A stretch of 64,000 nucleotides of DNA, from the NCBI GenBank assembly GCA_964016885.1, contig OZ024741.1, positions 309,814,001 to 309,878,000 on the forward strand. The letters are read 5' to 3'. Made by a program: the position numbers and the translations under genes. The notes beneath the pieces were generated by a model. The model was not told where the DNA came from. It saw only the letters and a list, made by a program, of their open reading frames with translations, and searched no databases. Below are positions 1 through 12,129 of the stretch, in pieces; positions within the stretch are counted from its first letter, which is position 1; every line of letters starts with the position of its first letter. The DNA is from Eledone cirrhosa (Eukaryota).

Positions 1-1632
1 GATCCCTTTTTTATTTAACTGCTAAATGACAAGACATTAACACAAATACTGATACAGAAGGACACCCCCACACCCACACATTCATGTATTATGGGTTTCT
101 GCTGTTTCTGTCTGCTGAATTCCACTTAGAATGCATTGGTCAATCCACAGCTATAGTAGAAGATACTAGCACAAGCAGCTTCACAATGGGACTGAAATAA
201 AACCAAGTGAAAGCAAAATAAACTACTTAACAACTTGGCCATGTTGACACCTGAAATGTTTTTTTATTTTATTTTTTCCTACCAGAAGATAGCTTCTAAT
301 CTATGGGTAAATAAAGAAATAGAGAGAAAGTGATGTCCGAATGATTATTCTCCACCTCCAACTAACTTACTCTCTGCCGCTCAGTCCTTATGGGTTATGA
401 TATAATTCTGAAAGAATTGCAAAGATAGTCTTTTACTGTTGTAATATTTGATAAAATATTCATGCATGAGACTTTAACTCTTGATTGACTTGTAGGGATG
501 TGGTAGTGATATACATTTTTTTAATTTTCTAGATGATTTTGAAAATAGTCAAGAATCTTATTTTGTTCTCTGTTATACATAAACAGAATTAAGTAATGAA
601 AAAACAAGAGGATAGATCTGACTGTATAGGAAAGTAAAGGAAAGGACTATAAATGCCATAAAAATCCTCACTATGAAAAGAATGAAGTGTAAACACTTTC
701 AGTTATTTCTCTCTTTATTCTCAGAAACACCCCTTCCTCTCCTACTCTTACAAATCCCACCACCCCATTACACTTATCGTACACACAGTCTAATGAGACA
801 AGCAACTTGCTGAAAGTCTAAAAGTTTGATTTCCACTCCTTCCTCTAATAGAAAATATTGTACCATGGTAGATACAAATTTTGAATCTTTTCAGTTTGAA
901 GAATCTGAAAGTGAAAAGAGTGCACCTTTGTTAAGTCTTCTTAGCACTTCTGCTGCTAAGGGAAGAATTTGGCAGCACTGAGCCTTGGTTTAATTAAATT
1001 TGCTATGAGTTTGGAATAGCAATCAGCATTTTAAAAATATTAGTGCCACAATAAAAAGCACCCAACCCACTCTGTTGGTAGTGCTGGTGCTACAAGAAAA
1101 AGCACCCAGTCCATCCAGTAAAGTGGTAGTGGTGGTGCTATGAAAAAGCATCCAGTACATGTAATGTTGGCATTAGGAAGGACACCCACCTATAGAAAAC
1201 CAAGTCAAAATTGGGTCATATGGGCAAGATGTGGTCACCTGACCTGTCTGGCCTCATGACAGCCCATCTAACCCATGCAAGCATAGAAAATAGACATTAA
1301 ATGGTAATGATGATGATAGCACTGTGATAAAGAAAGGTTACTCTCTGAGCCTACTTATATCACAAATAACCAACATATCTGGTATCTGTGTCACTATCAG
1401 GTACCTGTGACCTATTCTCTAACAACAGAACAACTGCTGAGAATGAGGTACATGAGCTGCATCTAGGGGAAAAACTAACCCCTTGGAAGCTGAGGTCACC
1501 AGCACAATTAATGTACTTAAATGTGGTAAGGCCTCTGGGGAGAATAAAATTTGGCTCAAGATGTTAAAAAGCCTTAAATAAAGAAGGTATGCTCTGAGTG
1601 ACTCCTGTGCTGGGTGGCCTGGAGTCTGGAAA

Positions 1633-1756
1633 AGTGCCAAAGAAATGGCAATTGGGGGTGATAATCCTAATTTTCTAAAAGAGAGACAAATAATAGTGCC
1701 AAAGAAATGGCAATTGGGGGTGATAATCCTAATTTTCTAAAAGAGAGACAAATAAT
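1633..1756. repeat. Perfect 62-bp tandem duplication
   Basis: agtgccaaagaaatggcaattggggg...gagacaaataat starts at 1633 and at 1695. Confidence 0.9.
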
Positions 1757-1889
1757 TGCTCTAATTATAGTGGAATCTATAATGCTAAGTGTCTTGCAAA
1801 AAGATGTAGGGATATTGTCAAGTTCAAGGTAGCTGGTACTGTGGTTTTTGCTCTGGACAGGACACAGCTGACTATCTGTAGCAGGTATT

Positions 1890-2895
1890 ACAGAAATCAC
1901 AGAGATGTATGTTTGTTTCGTGGAACTTAAAAAGCATACAACTGTGTCCCATAAGATTTGTTGTGGAAGGTTCTACAGGAATATGAAAACTCTATATGAA
2001 TGCCATGGTGTTTGTTTTTGGATAAGCAGTCAATGTGGGTGTTGGACTCCCCCAAAGGTGCTTATTGTCACCTCTCCTGCTCATAATCTTTATGAATCAG
2101 GATTGGCATGCACAACCATGCTGGAAGTGATATAAAAACTTATGGGTGTAGTATGAGTTGGCTGGAATTTGTAGATGGCACAATATTATTTAACTCGCCA
2201 GAAGGTCATCTCCAACATGCACTGAATAGGCTTGTTGCCAACTGCTGCATGACAGAACTGAAAATCAGTGTTGGGAAAACTGAGACACTTGTCCTCTCAA
2301 GAAAGCTTCCAGTGCACTTTGCATGCAAGTGGAGTTACACTGAAGCAGGCAGAGAAAATCAAGTATCTTGGGACTGTTTGCTTGAGTTATGGAAAGCAAG
2401 CGGGTGAATTATATGCAAAAAATTGCTGGAGCTAGCTTCAACACTCAGTCATCAGAAGAAGGAAGGTAAGTAGGTTGCCGTAAAAGCTAAACTTGCTACC
2501 TTAATGGTTATAAAGCTTGCGTGATGACCGAAAGGATACAAGCGGCCGAAATTGGATTCCTCCGAAGAGGGTTTGGAGTAACATTACTCGATAGGGTGTA
2601 TAGGTCGGAAATTAGGGCGCCACTCCAGATGGAGCTGCTACTTCTCCACATCGAGAGATCACAGTTCTAATACAGCGGACACGTAGTTTGAATATCTAAG
2701 GAAAGATTCGTTGCATATATTTTACGGGCAAAGCCACCCGACAGGAGATCCTGAGTAAAATGTTTGGATAACATCCATGAGCTCGGTTGGTCTCGTTTGG
2801 GGATTCAACCAGATCATTTAGAGACGGTTGCATCTGATAGGACCCTCTGGAATGCGTGCCTGGGGACTGCCAACACGAGCCTTCCAGGAATAAGT
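1890..2895 (+). mobile_element. Degenerate 5'-truncated RTE-type LINE
   Basis: Decayed RT motifs across frames (CFVELKK, LEFVDG for FADD, LQHALNRL, LKISVGKTE) and an RTE-like C-terminal tail; many frameshifts. Confidence 0.75.
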
Positions 2896-3525
2896 GGGCA
2901 AATAAGGGTTTATGTTTTTTATCCATATTCGGTGTAAAATAAGAGGTATGCTACGATTAGGTAAATGTAAAATGTATTGGACATACGCCTTTAATACTTG
3001 ATGGAGCCGTAGGGGCACCGTCTTTACATATAGCGTGTCTAGAGTATGTTATACTTGTTGGAGTCTATCCCTCTCCAGGTCGGAATGCAGCTCATTTCTT
3101 ACAGAGAAAATAAGAGAGAGAGAGGAGTAAAAAAGAGAGTATAAAGGAAGAATTGACCCCAGTAAAATGTATTATTAATGATTAAAAAAGCCCAGTTCGT
3201 GTTTAGTATATTTTCTAAACTTTCCACAGCAAAGAATTTCATAACTGTTGTTTGAAATAATTTAAAAACTAAAAAACAATGGGATTTAGATTTACTACAC
3301 AAAAACGTCTTGAGTTCATTCAATACCGCATAAAGTACTTTTAGAATGTCTACAATGTTTAGATAAATAGCTATGAACTTTATATCCATGTATGATAACT
3401 TTATATCTATGCATAAGGAATGTGTTTTAGCTTTCCACCGGATAAAGTATTTACTATTCTCCTTCAAAGAAGAGTTGTTATTATTTGGCTGTTTCTGTTA
3501 ACATAAAACTTAAGAAATACAAACA

Positions 3526-3623
3526 ATGAAATTTAATTTGTCAAATACTTTTCACGTGGAATTGCTAAAGTCTTTCAAGACTGAAGAAAGGTTTAATGTC
3601 CTGAGGGTATCGACATTATTTAG
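3526..3623 (+). CDS. Beta-propeller gene, probable first coding exon (MKFNLSNTFHVELLKSFKTEERFNVLRVSTLF)
   Basis: ATG at 3526 in an A-rich context. Donor AG|GTGATT at 3624 is phase 2, matching the 9045 exon. The joined sequence reads as one WD-like blade (RVSTLFSQNGLKIIVGGEDGIIRIYD). Confidence 0.65.
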
Positions 3624-4290
3624 GTGATTGTACTTTTTATTTTATTTCATTTACTCTTTCTTACCAGTTCTCTTATTCATTAACCTTTTTGGAAAATAAC
3701 CCTTTCTAATATTGGCACAAGGCCAGCAATTTTCAGGAAGGGAAATCCGCATATAACGATCTCAGTACTTAAATGGTGCTTTATTTTATCTACCTCGGAA
3801 AGATGAAAGGCAAAGTTGACCTCGGCGAGATTTGAACTCAGAACATACTGTATTCCGATGTTCGCATACTTAAAACTCTAGGAAGTTGTTTATTTCCTAA
3901 TGGATAAATATAATAACTGTTCCAACCTATGCATGCGCTGTGACCATTCTGGAACACCACATCAGTATAGTTATATACATTTTTATATACACGTATGGAC
4001 CCGTAACTTCCTGTTGAAATGAACTTCTGTTCATCTCATCATTTTTTAACGCCCACATTCCCTACTAACAAGGGTCTTCGCTGACTGAATCAAAACTGAA
4101 GCAATGCTACTGACACAACTGACGGGTCCTCTCTACACTTTGTTTGGCAAGCTTTCTATGACTCACCATATATATATATATAGTAATAATAATAAATTTG
4201 AAGACTAAAATCCAAAGTAAAATCCTCAAGATCCCGTTAAGGGTGAAAGCAGCGATTCTTTGCTTAAACTTTAATCTGTTATTTTAATAA

Positions 4291-4331
<41 letters not shown>

Positions 4332-4561
4332 AGTGGAAGCTTAGTAAAATCGAAGCTTTGGCTGTGGCCAAGCAAAGTCGACATACAATTAGGAATGAGT
4401 AGCAAAGCACTCAATAAGGGTAGGTCCTCGGAGTAATAACATTACGTTTAGATAGCTTGACAAATTGAAAATTGCGGCAGGCAAAACCCAATATATATAT
4501 ATATATAATAAAATAAAATAAAATAAATAAGTCAAATGTTTAAAATTTGGCTTCGTTTATT

Positions 4562-4616
4562 ACTGCTATATATATTTCGGTGTCAGCCATCTTTGGCTGT
4601 GACCTCTTCAGGGAGT
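4562..4616 (-). ncRNA. Type I hammerhead ribozyme motif (core intact, one stem I mismatch)
   Basis: Minus strand reads actcc-CTGAAGA-ggtcacagcca-aaga-tggctgacacc-GAAA-tatata-TA-gcagt. Confidence 0.7.
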
Positions 4617-6684
4617 CCGAATTAGTGTTGTAGAGACGAGTACACATGTTGTTGAGGTGTTTAACTTTGTCAATACTCTGATATGCCCAGTTCCTGGTTG
4701 GGTTGTTATTTCACTGAGGAACTGGAATCATATGAATTTAAACAAACGAATTTCAGCGTCAAAGGACATCTTCTCCTCTCTTTGGTCAGTTGTGAGAATA
4801 TTCCTCAGTCAAAAGTCTATAGAAATTCGTTCTAAGGCGAGGCAATCTGTAGTGGTTGTTCTTGTTATTGTTAAGTACGTCTGACCTACTCTTATGTTGG
4901 TATTGGAGTCAGCTAAAAAAAATGATAAAGTGGTAGAAGGAATAAGATGGTAAAGGAATCAAATAAAATGTGTGTGTGTTATACCCAATCTCAATGTTAG
5001 AAAGATTTGTAAGGTCACTCCTCCCATTGGTCAGTTTTGAGAGCATTCCTCAGTCAAAAGTCTATAGAAATTCTTTCTGGGGTGAGGCTACATGTAGTGT
5101 TTGTTTTTGCTATTGTTAAGTACATCTGACCTCTATCCTTATTTTGGTAGTGGTGTTGGTGTTGTGGTCAGCCTAGGTCTTGCTGTTGCTGACATTTAGA
5201 AGTATCTGTGTGTGTTTCTTCATCCATCCTGTCACTATATGAAGAAATAGAAGGCAATAAAATGAAGAAAACAGAAAATAAATAATAAATAGAAAATAAA
5301 TGAAAAATTAATGAAAAAGGAAAAATAAAAATGAAGATTCAAATAAAATAAAATGTGTGTGTGCTATAACCAATCTCAAAGTCAGAAAGATGTTGGATAA
5401 AGTGGTAGGAGGAACAAGATGGTAAAAGAATAAAACAAAATAAGATAATCAAATAAAATGTGTGTGTTATAACCAATCTCAATGTTAGAAAGGTTTGCAA
5501 GGTCACTCCTCCCATTGGTCAGTTTTGAGAGCATTTCTCAGTCAAAAGTCTATAGAAATTCTTTCTGGGGTGAGGCTACCTGAAGTGTTTGTTTTTGCTA
5601 TTGTTAAGTACATCTGACCTCTACCCTTATTTTGGTAGTGGTGTTGGTGCTGTGGTCAGCCTAGGTCTTGCTGCTGCTGACATTTAGAAGTATATGCTTG
5701 GCACAAACCCCCCACCTCCCACCACCACCACGAGAAATAGTGGCAGGATAGATGAAAAAACACACACAGATACTTCTAAATGTCAGCAGCAGCAAGACCT
5801 AGGCTGACCACAGCACCAACACCACTACCAAAATAAGGGTAGAGGTCAGATGTACTTAACAATAGCAAAAACAAACACTTCAGGTAGCCTCACCCCAGAA
5901 AGAATTTCTATAGACTTTTGACTGAGAAATGCTCTCAAAACTGACCAATGGGAGGAGTGACCTTGCAAACCTTTCTAACATTGAGATTGGTTATAACACA
6001 CACATTTTATTTGATTATCTTATTTTGTTTTATTCTTTTACCATCTTGTTCCTCCTACCACTTTATCCAACATCTTTCTGACTTTGAGATTGGTTATAGC
6101 ACACACACATTTTATTTTATTTGAATCTTCATTTTTATTTTTCCTTTTTCATTAATTTTTCATTTATTTTCTATTTATTATTTATTTTCTGTTTTCTTCA
6201 TTTTATTGCCTTCTATTTCTTCATATGCATGGTGGCAGGATGGATGAAGAAACTGACCAATGGGAGGAGTGACCTTACAAATCTTTCTAACATTGAGATT
6301 GGGTATAACACACACACATTTTATTTGATTCCTTTACCATCTTATTCCTTCTACCACTTTATCATTTTTTTGAGCTGACTCCAACACCAACACCACTACC
6401 AACATAAGAGTAGAGGTCAGATGTACTTAACAATAACAAGAACAACCACTACAGATTGCCTCGCCTTAGAACAAATTTCTATAGCCTTTTGACTGAGGAA
6501 TGTTCTCACAACTGACCAATGGGAGGAGAAGATGTCCTTTGACGCTGAAATTCGTTTGTTTAAATTCATATGATTCCAGTTCCTCAGTGAAATAACAACC
6601 CAACCAGGAACTGGGCATATCAGAGTATTGACAAAGTTAAACACCTCAACAACATGTGTACTCGTCTCTACAACACTAATTCGG

Positions 6685-6739
6685 ACTGCCTGAAGAGGTC
6701 ACAGCCAAAGATGGCTGTCACCAAAATATATATAGCAGT
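6685..6739 (+). ncRNA. Type I hammerhead motif, probably inactive (GAAA to AAAA at 6723)
   Basis: actgc-CTGAAGA-ggtcacagcca-aaga-tggctgtcacc-AAAA-tatata-TA-gcagt; stem I is perfect. Confidence 0.65.
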
Positions 6740-7010
6740 AATAAACGAAGCCAAATTTTAAACATTTGACTTATTTATTTTATTTTACATTACTCCGGAG
6801 TAACCAAATCAACCTGCGCACTTCGTCGAGTGCTCCAATCTGCATACTGAGGTGTTGTCACAACTGACCAATGAGAGGAGAAGGCTAAATAGTGAGTCTT
6901 CTTACTCTGGAATTTCACCTTCACAAAATGGATATTTAAACTCTACTTCGGTATTGAGTACTCTTTTTTCTCGGCTGCCAACTATATATATATATATATA
7001 TATATATACA

Positions 7011-7244
7011 CTAGTGGTCTCCCAGCCTGTACTTTGCTCAAATCTATTCATAAGACAACTCTCTCAATAACAACAACAATCACCTATCATTATAGTGAAA
7101 GTTTTTTTTTTTAACGTCTGTCTTGTGTTGTTGGACATACAGGCACAGGGGGAGGTGGAGTGAGTGAGATGTGGAGTAATATTTTCATCTCTATATATAG
7201 ATAGCGTATGGACGGACAGACAGACATGCCTCTTATAGTATAGA
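7011..7244 (-). mobile_element. Short non-autonomous Helitron-like element
   Basis: Minus strand starts TCTATACTATAAG..(GTCT)n and ends CTAG; sits between A and T. Confidence 0.55.
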
Positions 7245-7503
7245 TTATAGAAAAGAGTAACTGTGTGCTAGAAAGAGCAGTAAAATCCCCCCATTCTTTT
7301 TTCAGAAAAAAAGTCAATTGCGAGCATGTCAGAGATCAGATTAGTTGAAAACACATGAAAAACCTTAATTGTTATCAAACAAACTACCTTTTTATAAGTA
7401 TTATATATATATATTTATAAGTAGAAGGGATATTTAATTTGTTGAAAATTCAACAAATATAAATGTTTATAACTGATTCAGAGCACTTGACAGATTTCTG
7501 GAG

Positions 7504-7823
7504 TAAATATTCAATGATATTAAATCAATGGAAACTATATTTATAAAACCATATATATTCTATTATATATATTTCAAGGGTACCAGAAACTTTGGTACCC
7601 AAGGAAACCATACCTTATCAGTTGAATTTTCCTTGGTACGACCCAAGGAAAATTCAACTGATAAGGTATGGTTTCCTTGGCTATGTCAAAATTTATAAAA
7701 CACTCTTTGTATTTTATCTGATGAAAGCGTACCAAAGTTTCTGGTACCCTTGAAATATATATAATAGAATATATATGGTTTTATAAATATAGTTTCCATT
7801 TATTTAATATCATTGAATATTTA
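7504..7823. repeat. Nested palindrome: outer ~95-bp arms plus inner 38-bp perfect hairpin (7599-7680)
   Basis: 7504-7600 is the reverse complement of ~7729-7823; ccaaggaaaccataccttatcagttgaattttccttgg is inverted across a 6-nt loop. Confidence 0.9.
7710..7771 (+). ncRNA. Type I hammerhead ribozyme motif with intact core
   Basis: tattttat-CTGATGA-aagcgtacca-aagtttc-tggtaccctt-GAAA-tatata-TA-atagaata. Stem I is 8 bp (one G-U); stem II has 9 of 10 pairs. Confidence 0.78.
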
Positions 7824-8184
7824 TATATATATATATATATCATCATCATCATCATCATTTCATTTTACGTCCATTTTTCCCTGCTTGCAAGGGTGGGACG
7901 GGAACTGATTCTGGCTTGATTTCTACAGCTGGATGCCCTTCCTAACACCAACCTCATTTTCAGTGAGCGCTGGGTGCTTTTTTGACGTGGCACCTCCACG
8001 ACCACTTTGCAGTGGAATGATAGGGACCCCAGTCCGTATCATCTCATTTCTACAGCTGAGTAAACTGGAGCAATGTGAAATAAAGTGTCTTGCTCAAGGA
8101 AACAACACATCACCCGGTCTGAGGATTGAACTCACAACCTTTCGATTGCAAGGCCAATGCTCTAACCACTAAGCCATGTGCCTC

Positions 8185-8383
<199 letters not shown>

Positions 8384-9044
8384 AGGGTTAAGACCCGCTT
8401 TGCTCATGAATGACCATGGGATTTGCACCTAGAATGTTTCCCCTCCATCCTGGCAAGGCTGTTTGTGGAAGACTAACAATTGGCCAAGCGTATCAGTCTC
8501 CCCTCTCCACACAACTGATGTTGTCCAAGGAAAAAGCAATGGCCAATACAACTTGGCACTAGTGACATTACAACTTATTTCTACAGCTCAGTGAACCGGA
8601 GCATCATGAAATAAAGTGTCTTGCTCAAGGACACAACATATTGCCCTTTTTGGGAAGTGAACTCAAAACCTCACAACCTCACAATTATAAGCCCAATAAT
8701 CAAACCACTATGCCACATGCCGTCACATATATATATGTATGTGTATGAGCAAGACAAGTTTTTTACTAGTGGCTTAGTGCTTATGACCCCATTGAAGGTC
8801 TCCAAGGTTGGGGAGAAAAATGGAGGAAGTTATCCTCAGAACAAAGACCTGATTTCAATGCTTGCTATAGAATTGACTCTGCTAATGCTACCTAAGGTCC
8901 AGACATTTTCCCAAAGCACCATGCAGCAAGATTGGTATCAAGACCATATAGTTACGATGTAAATCAACTTTATGCTGAACAAAACAGAAATCAATATTAA
9001 CTTATCTTTATTTTGTACATGTGGCATTTTAAACTTTATTTCAG

Positions 9045-9135
9045 TCAAAATGGTTTGAAAATCATTGTTGGAGGTGAAGATGGAATTATACGGATATATG
9101 ACTTGTCAGTTGCAGATAATAAACCAAAACCAAAG
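9045..9135 (+). CDS. Beta-propeller gene exon 2 (QNGLKIIVGGEDGIIRIYDLSVADNKPKPK)
   Basis: tttcag acceptor, AAG|GTATT donor, WD40-like IIVGGEDGIIRIYD motif. Confidence 0.88.
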
Positions 9136-9309
9136 GTATTAATTTGGAATATATATATATATATACATACATATACACACATATATACATACACACATAT
9201 ATATATACACATAAGCTGAAACCACTTTGCGCTATGGTCAGGATTTTACCTCTCTTTCTCTCTATATAGTCCTGCTAGTCAACACACAGTCCCGATAAGT
9301 GTAAGGTAC

Positions 9310-9700
9310 TGTGTGGCCATCTGGTCAGACTTGTCGTATAACAGGACCACCTAGTAACATGGCCCCACTAGGAGAAAGGTATGGTGCGGCCAATTGGCCA
9401 GACCTCCCTCATAATGGGACTACCCAGATCACAAAGTATGGTTCTGATGTGAGTAGCCATAAAAACCCAGCCCAAACACAACCCCACTATGAGCCAGTCA
9501 TGGTGCAGCCAACCTGCCAGACCCTCCCTCATAATGTGATGACCAGGATCCCAAAATACAGAGGTATGGGGTGGCCATCTGGCCAGACTAGTCTTATAAG
9601 AGGGCCACAGCTAGCTCCCAAATAATGGTTCCGATGTGAGCAGTGTATGATGTGGCCAATTGGCCAAACCCTCCTCATAACGGTGCCACCGTAAGCCATT
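9310..9700. repeat. Degenerate GC-richer tandem repeat (gtggcca.ctggccagacc..ctcataa units)
   Basis: Motif recurs at ~9313, 9385, 9502, 9571 and 9652. Confidence 0.7.
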
Positions 9701-9791
9701 ACATACGAAGTTGAGAATACCCACCACTGGCTCATATGCACTGCAAGCATTCAGACATTAACAAACTTTGAAAATTTACTTATTTCTTTAA

Positions 9792-9980
9792 CTCTTAACA
9801 TCCTGTAACTATTGAGCAGAAAATATCTAAAAATGTTTTTTTAAACTCAAATGTTTGTAGTATTTTTACTTGTGGACAGATCATTGTGAATTTTTAATTT
9901 AATTCGGTCATAGTTCTGTTTTATACTTTTTTAAAAATGTCTTTACTAATGTGTTTTTATGTAGTATAGAACATTAAAAG
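9792..9980. mobile_element. TTAA-flanked MITE, family 2 (further copies ~47809-48010 and ~48076-48288)
   Basis: ttaa-ctcttaacatcctgta...tatagaacattaaaag-ttaa imperfect TIRs; internal sequence shared with the 47.8-48.3 kb copies. Confidence 0.65.
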
Positions 9981-10000
9981 TTAAATATTTTCTTCCAAAG

Positions 10001-10190
10001 ATAATTCTGGAAACGAAAAGTGGCCCCATACAGAGTATAGTTGTTCATGATGTGACCAAATTTTATGATCAAGACTTAATAGTTGCAGATTCCTTGGGTA
10101 TGGTAACTATTTTCTGCAACCAACAAATTCTCAGTCGACAAAAGTTGTCCAATGGTGCCATCAGCCACTTACAGATAAGAACTGACCAAA
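10001..10190 (+). CDS. Beta-propeller gene exon 3 (IILETKSGPIQSIVVHDVTKFYDQDLIVADSLGMVTIFCNQQILSRQKLSNGAISHLQIRTDQ)
   Basis: tcttccaaag acceptor, A|GTAAG donor, open frame, phase 0 to 1. Confidence 0.88.
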
Positions 10191-11795
10191 GTAAGAATTT
10201 TTTCTTTTAACTTTTGGTTTTACCCATAAACATTGAATAGTTAGGATGATTATAATAATGATATCAATATCATAGCCCAGATGACATCAATTCTCTGTAA
10301 TCAAGCTGACTTTCACTTATGTGCAAATAGTGGTTCCTGATTTAGGCACAATGCCAGAAATTTGTGGGGAAGTAGAAAGTCAATTAAACAACCCTTGCAC
10401 ATGACTGGTACTTTATCTTATCAACCCTAGAAAGATTAAAAGCAATGTTGAACTCAGTAAGATTTGTATTCAGAATATAAAGAGAGAAAACAAATGCTAC
10501 AAAGTATTTCTAGCAATACTCTAATGATTCTGCCAACCCATAGAGTAGAGAGGATTTTTTAGCCTTATAAGAAACAAGATAACTTCTCTAGCATTGATGA
10601 CATAGGTGCACCCAGTATACTCTGAAGCCTTACCAAAAATTAGAATGTATGAGTGTGATGTGATTATCCAACCCATTTTGGTGAGCAGTAATTCTAGATA
10701 AGAACTGCTTTGAACTATAGCAACCATCCAACCTACACCAACATGGAATGGACGGTTACTATCCTTTGATATCATGCTTTGCTTGAGATGGTAGATACCT
10801 TTCACTCACAACCTTTTTATTCATGTTCTGGCAGAAGAAAACTCTTTTCATCTATTTTTTAAATTTTTTTTATTTTTATGGGCTTAAGAGTGGTGAGGTG
10901 GCAGAATCGTTAGAGTGTTGGACAAAGTGCCTTGTGGTATTTAGTTATGGCTCTTTAAATTCTGAATTAAAATCCTGCCATGGTCAAATTTGCTTTAAGC
11001 AGTCAAGTATTGGAGTTGATTTAATCAGTGGTGATGATGTCAGTGTGTTCACCCCCACAAGTTTGCTTAGATTAAGCAGGCCTATGATCAAAGATATTCC
11101 AGATTTGACCATTCCATCTTTTAGTATATGCAGGATTACATCTAATATGTCCTTCTTTTTTTATAAGATGGTATGGTGTGATCTGAAGGAGACATGCTTG
11201 CTATATCTAGCAGGTTGAAAAACCACATGGAGGCTTCCTTTGTTCACTCATAAATACCAGGTGACAAATTAAGTTCTATCACTCATGAACACAGTTCGTC
11301 CAATTGCTTCCACACAGTTTTCATTTACCTAATATCATTCATAATTCTTGAGTCAACTCAAGGCTTATGACATGTGTTGGGGAATTGAACCTGGGAGCAT
11401 CTAATTGCACTTTAATCACAAAACTATATCTTACATCTGACTACAATTAAAAATAAGAGTGATGAGAATGGAAAGCCAGACATAAAAACAATATACACAG
11501 TAAGATTAAATGTATTTATATACACATCCTGTTTTTTTAGAAAAGGTACACCATATCCCAGTATGTTGTAAGAAGCAATTAAAAGGGTTGGTATCAGGAA
11601 AAGCTTCTAACCACAAAACACTACCTCAAAAGTTCCATCTAATCTATGCCAGTATAATAAGGCTGGCATAAAAACAATAGTGGCTATGATTATGATAATA
11701 AAGTATACCATGTGCTGCAATGATATAAAGAATAATTAAATCTACACCTCCATTCTTTTACAAATGGTATTCTTGGCTGTGATTCCTTTTTTCAG

Positions 11796-11899
11796 CTGGT
11801 GACTTAGCCATTGTTACAAGTGATGAGTTTGGTATTGTCTGTGGCAGCAAAGTTTCAGAAGAACTATGGAAGATTAACCTTAATAACAAATGCAGTAAG
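11796..11899 (+). CDS. Beta-propeller gene exon 4 (TGDLAIVTSDEFGIVCGSKVSEELWKINLNNKCSK)
   Basis: ttttttcag acceptor, AAG|GTAAAG donor, phase 1 to 0. Confidence 0.87.
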
Positions 11900-12129
11900 G
11901 TAAAGTATATCTATTGTCATCCAATGTTAATCATCATCCCCTAATTACATTGTCTAATATGTCCTTCCGTTTTTATAAAATGGTATGGTGTGATCTGAAG
12001 GAGACATGCTAGTTGAAAAACCACATAAAGGCTTCCTTTGTTCACTCATTAGATGGGAGTGTTAAACTAGGTGACAGATTAAGTTCTATCACTCATGAAC
12101 ATATACAGTTCATCCAACTACTTCCACAC

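Larger units (their letters stand above)
4508..6790. repeat. ~2.3 kb inverted repeat (arms ~4508-5695 and ~5740-6790), Penelope-like
   Basis: Near-identical reverse-complement arms (the track shows twin ORFs 4657+ and 6644-). An internal ~180-bp segment is duplicated in the left arm. Hammerhead motifs lie at both outer ends. Confidence 0.9.

Noticed and set aside
4657-4884. Twin 75-aa ORFs (4657+ and 6417-6644-) as a duplicated small gene
   Set aside because: GTG-started ORFs inside the inverted repeat, antisense to the ribozyme strand, with no recognisable domain.
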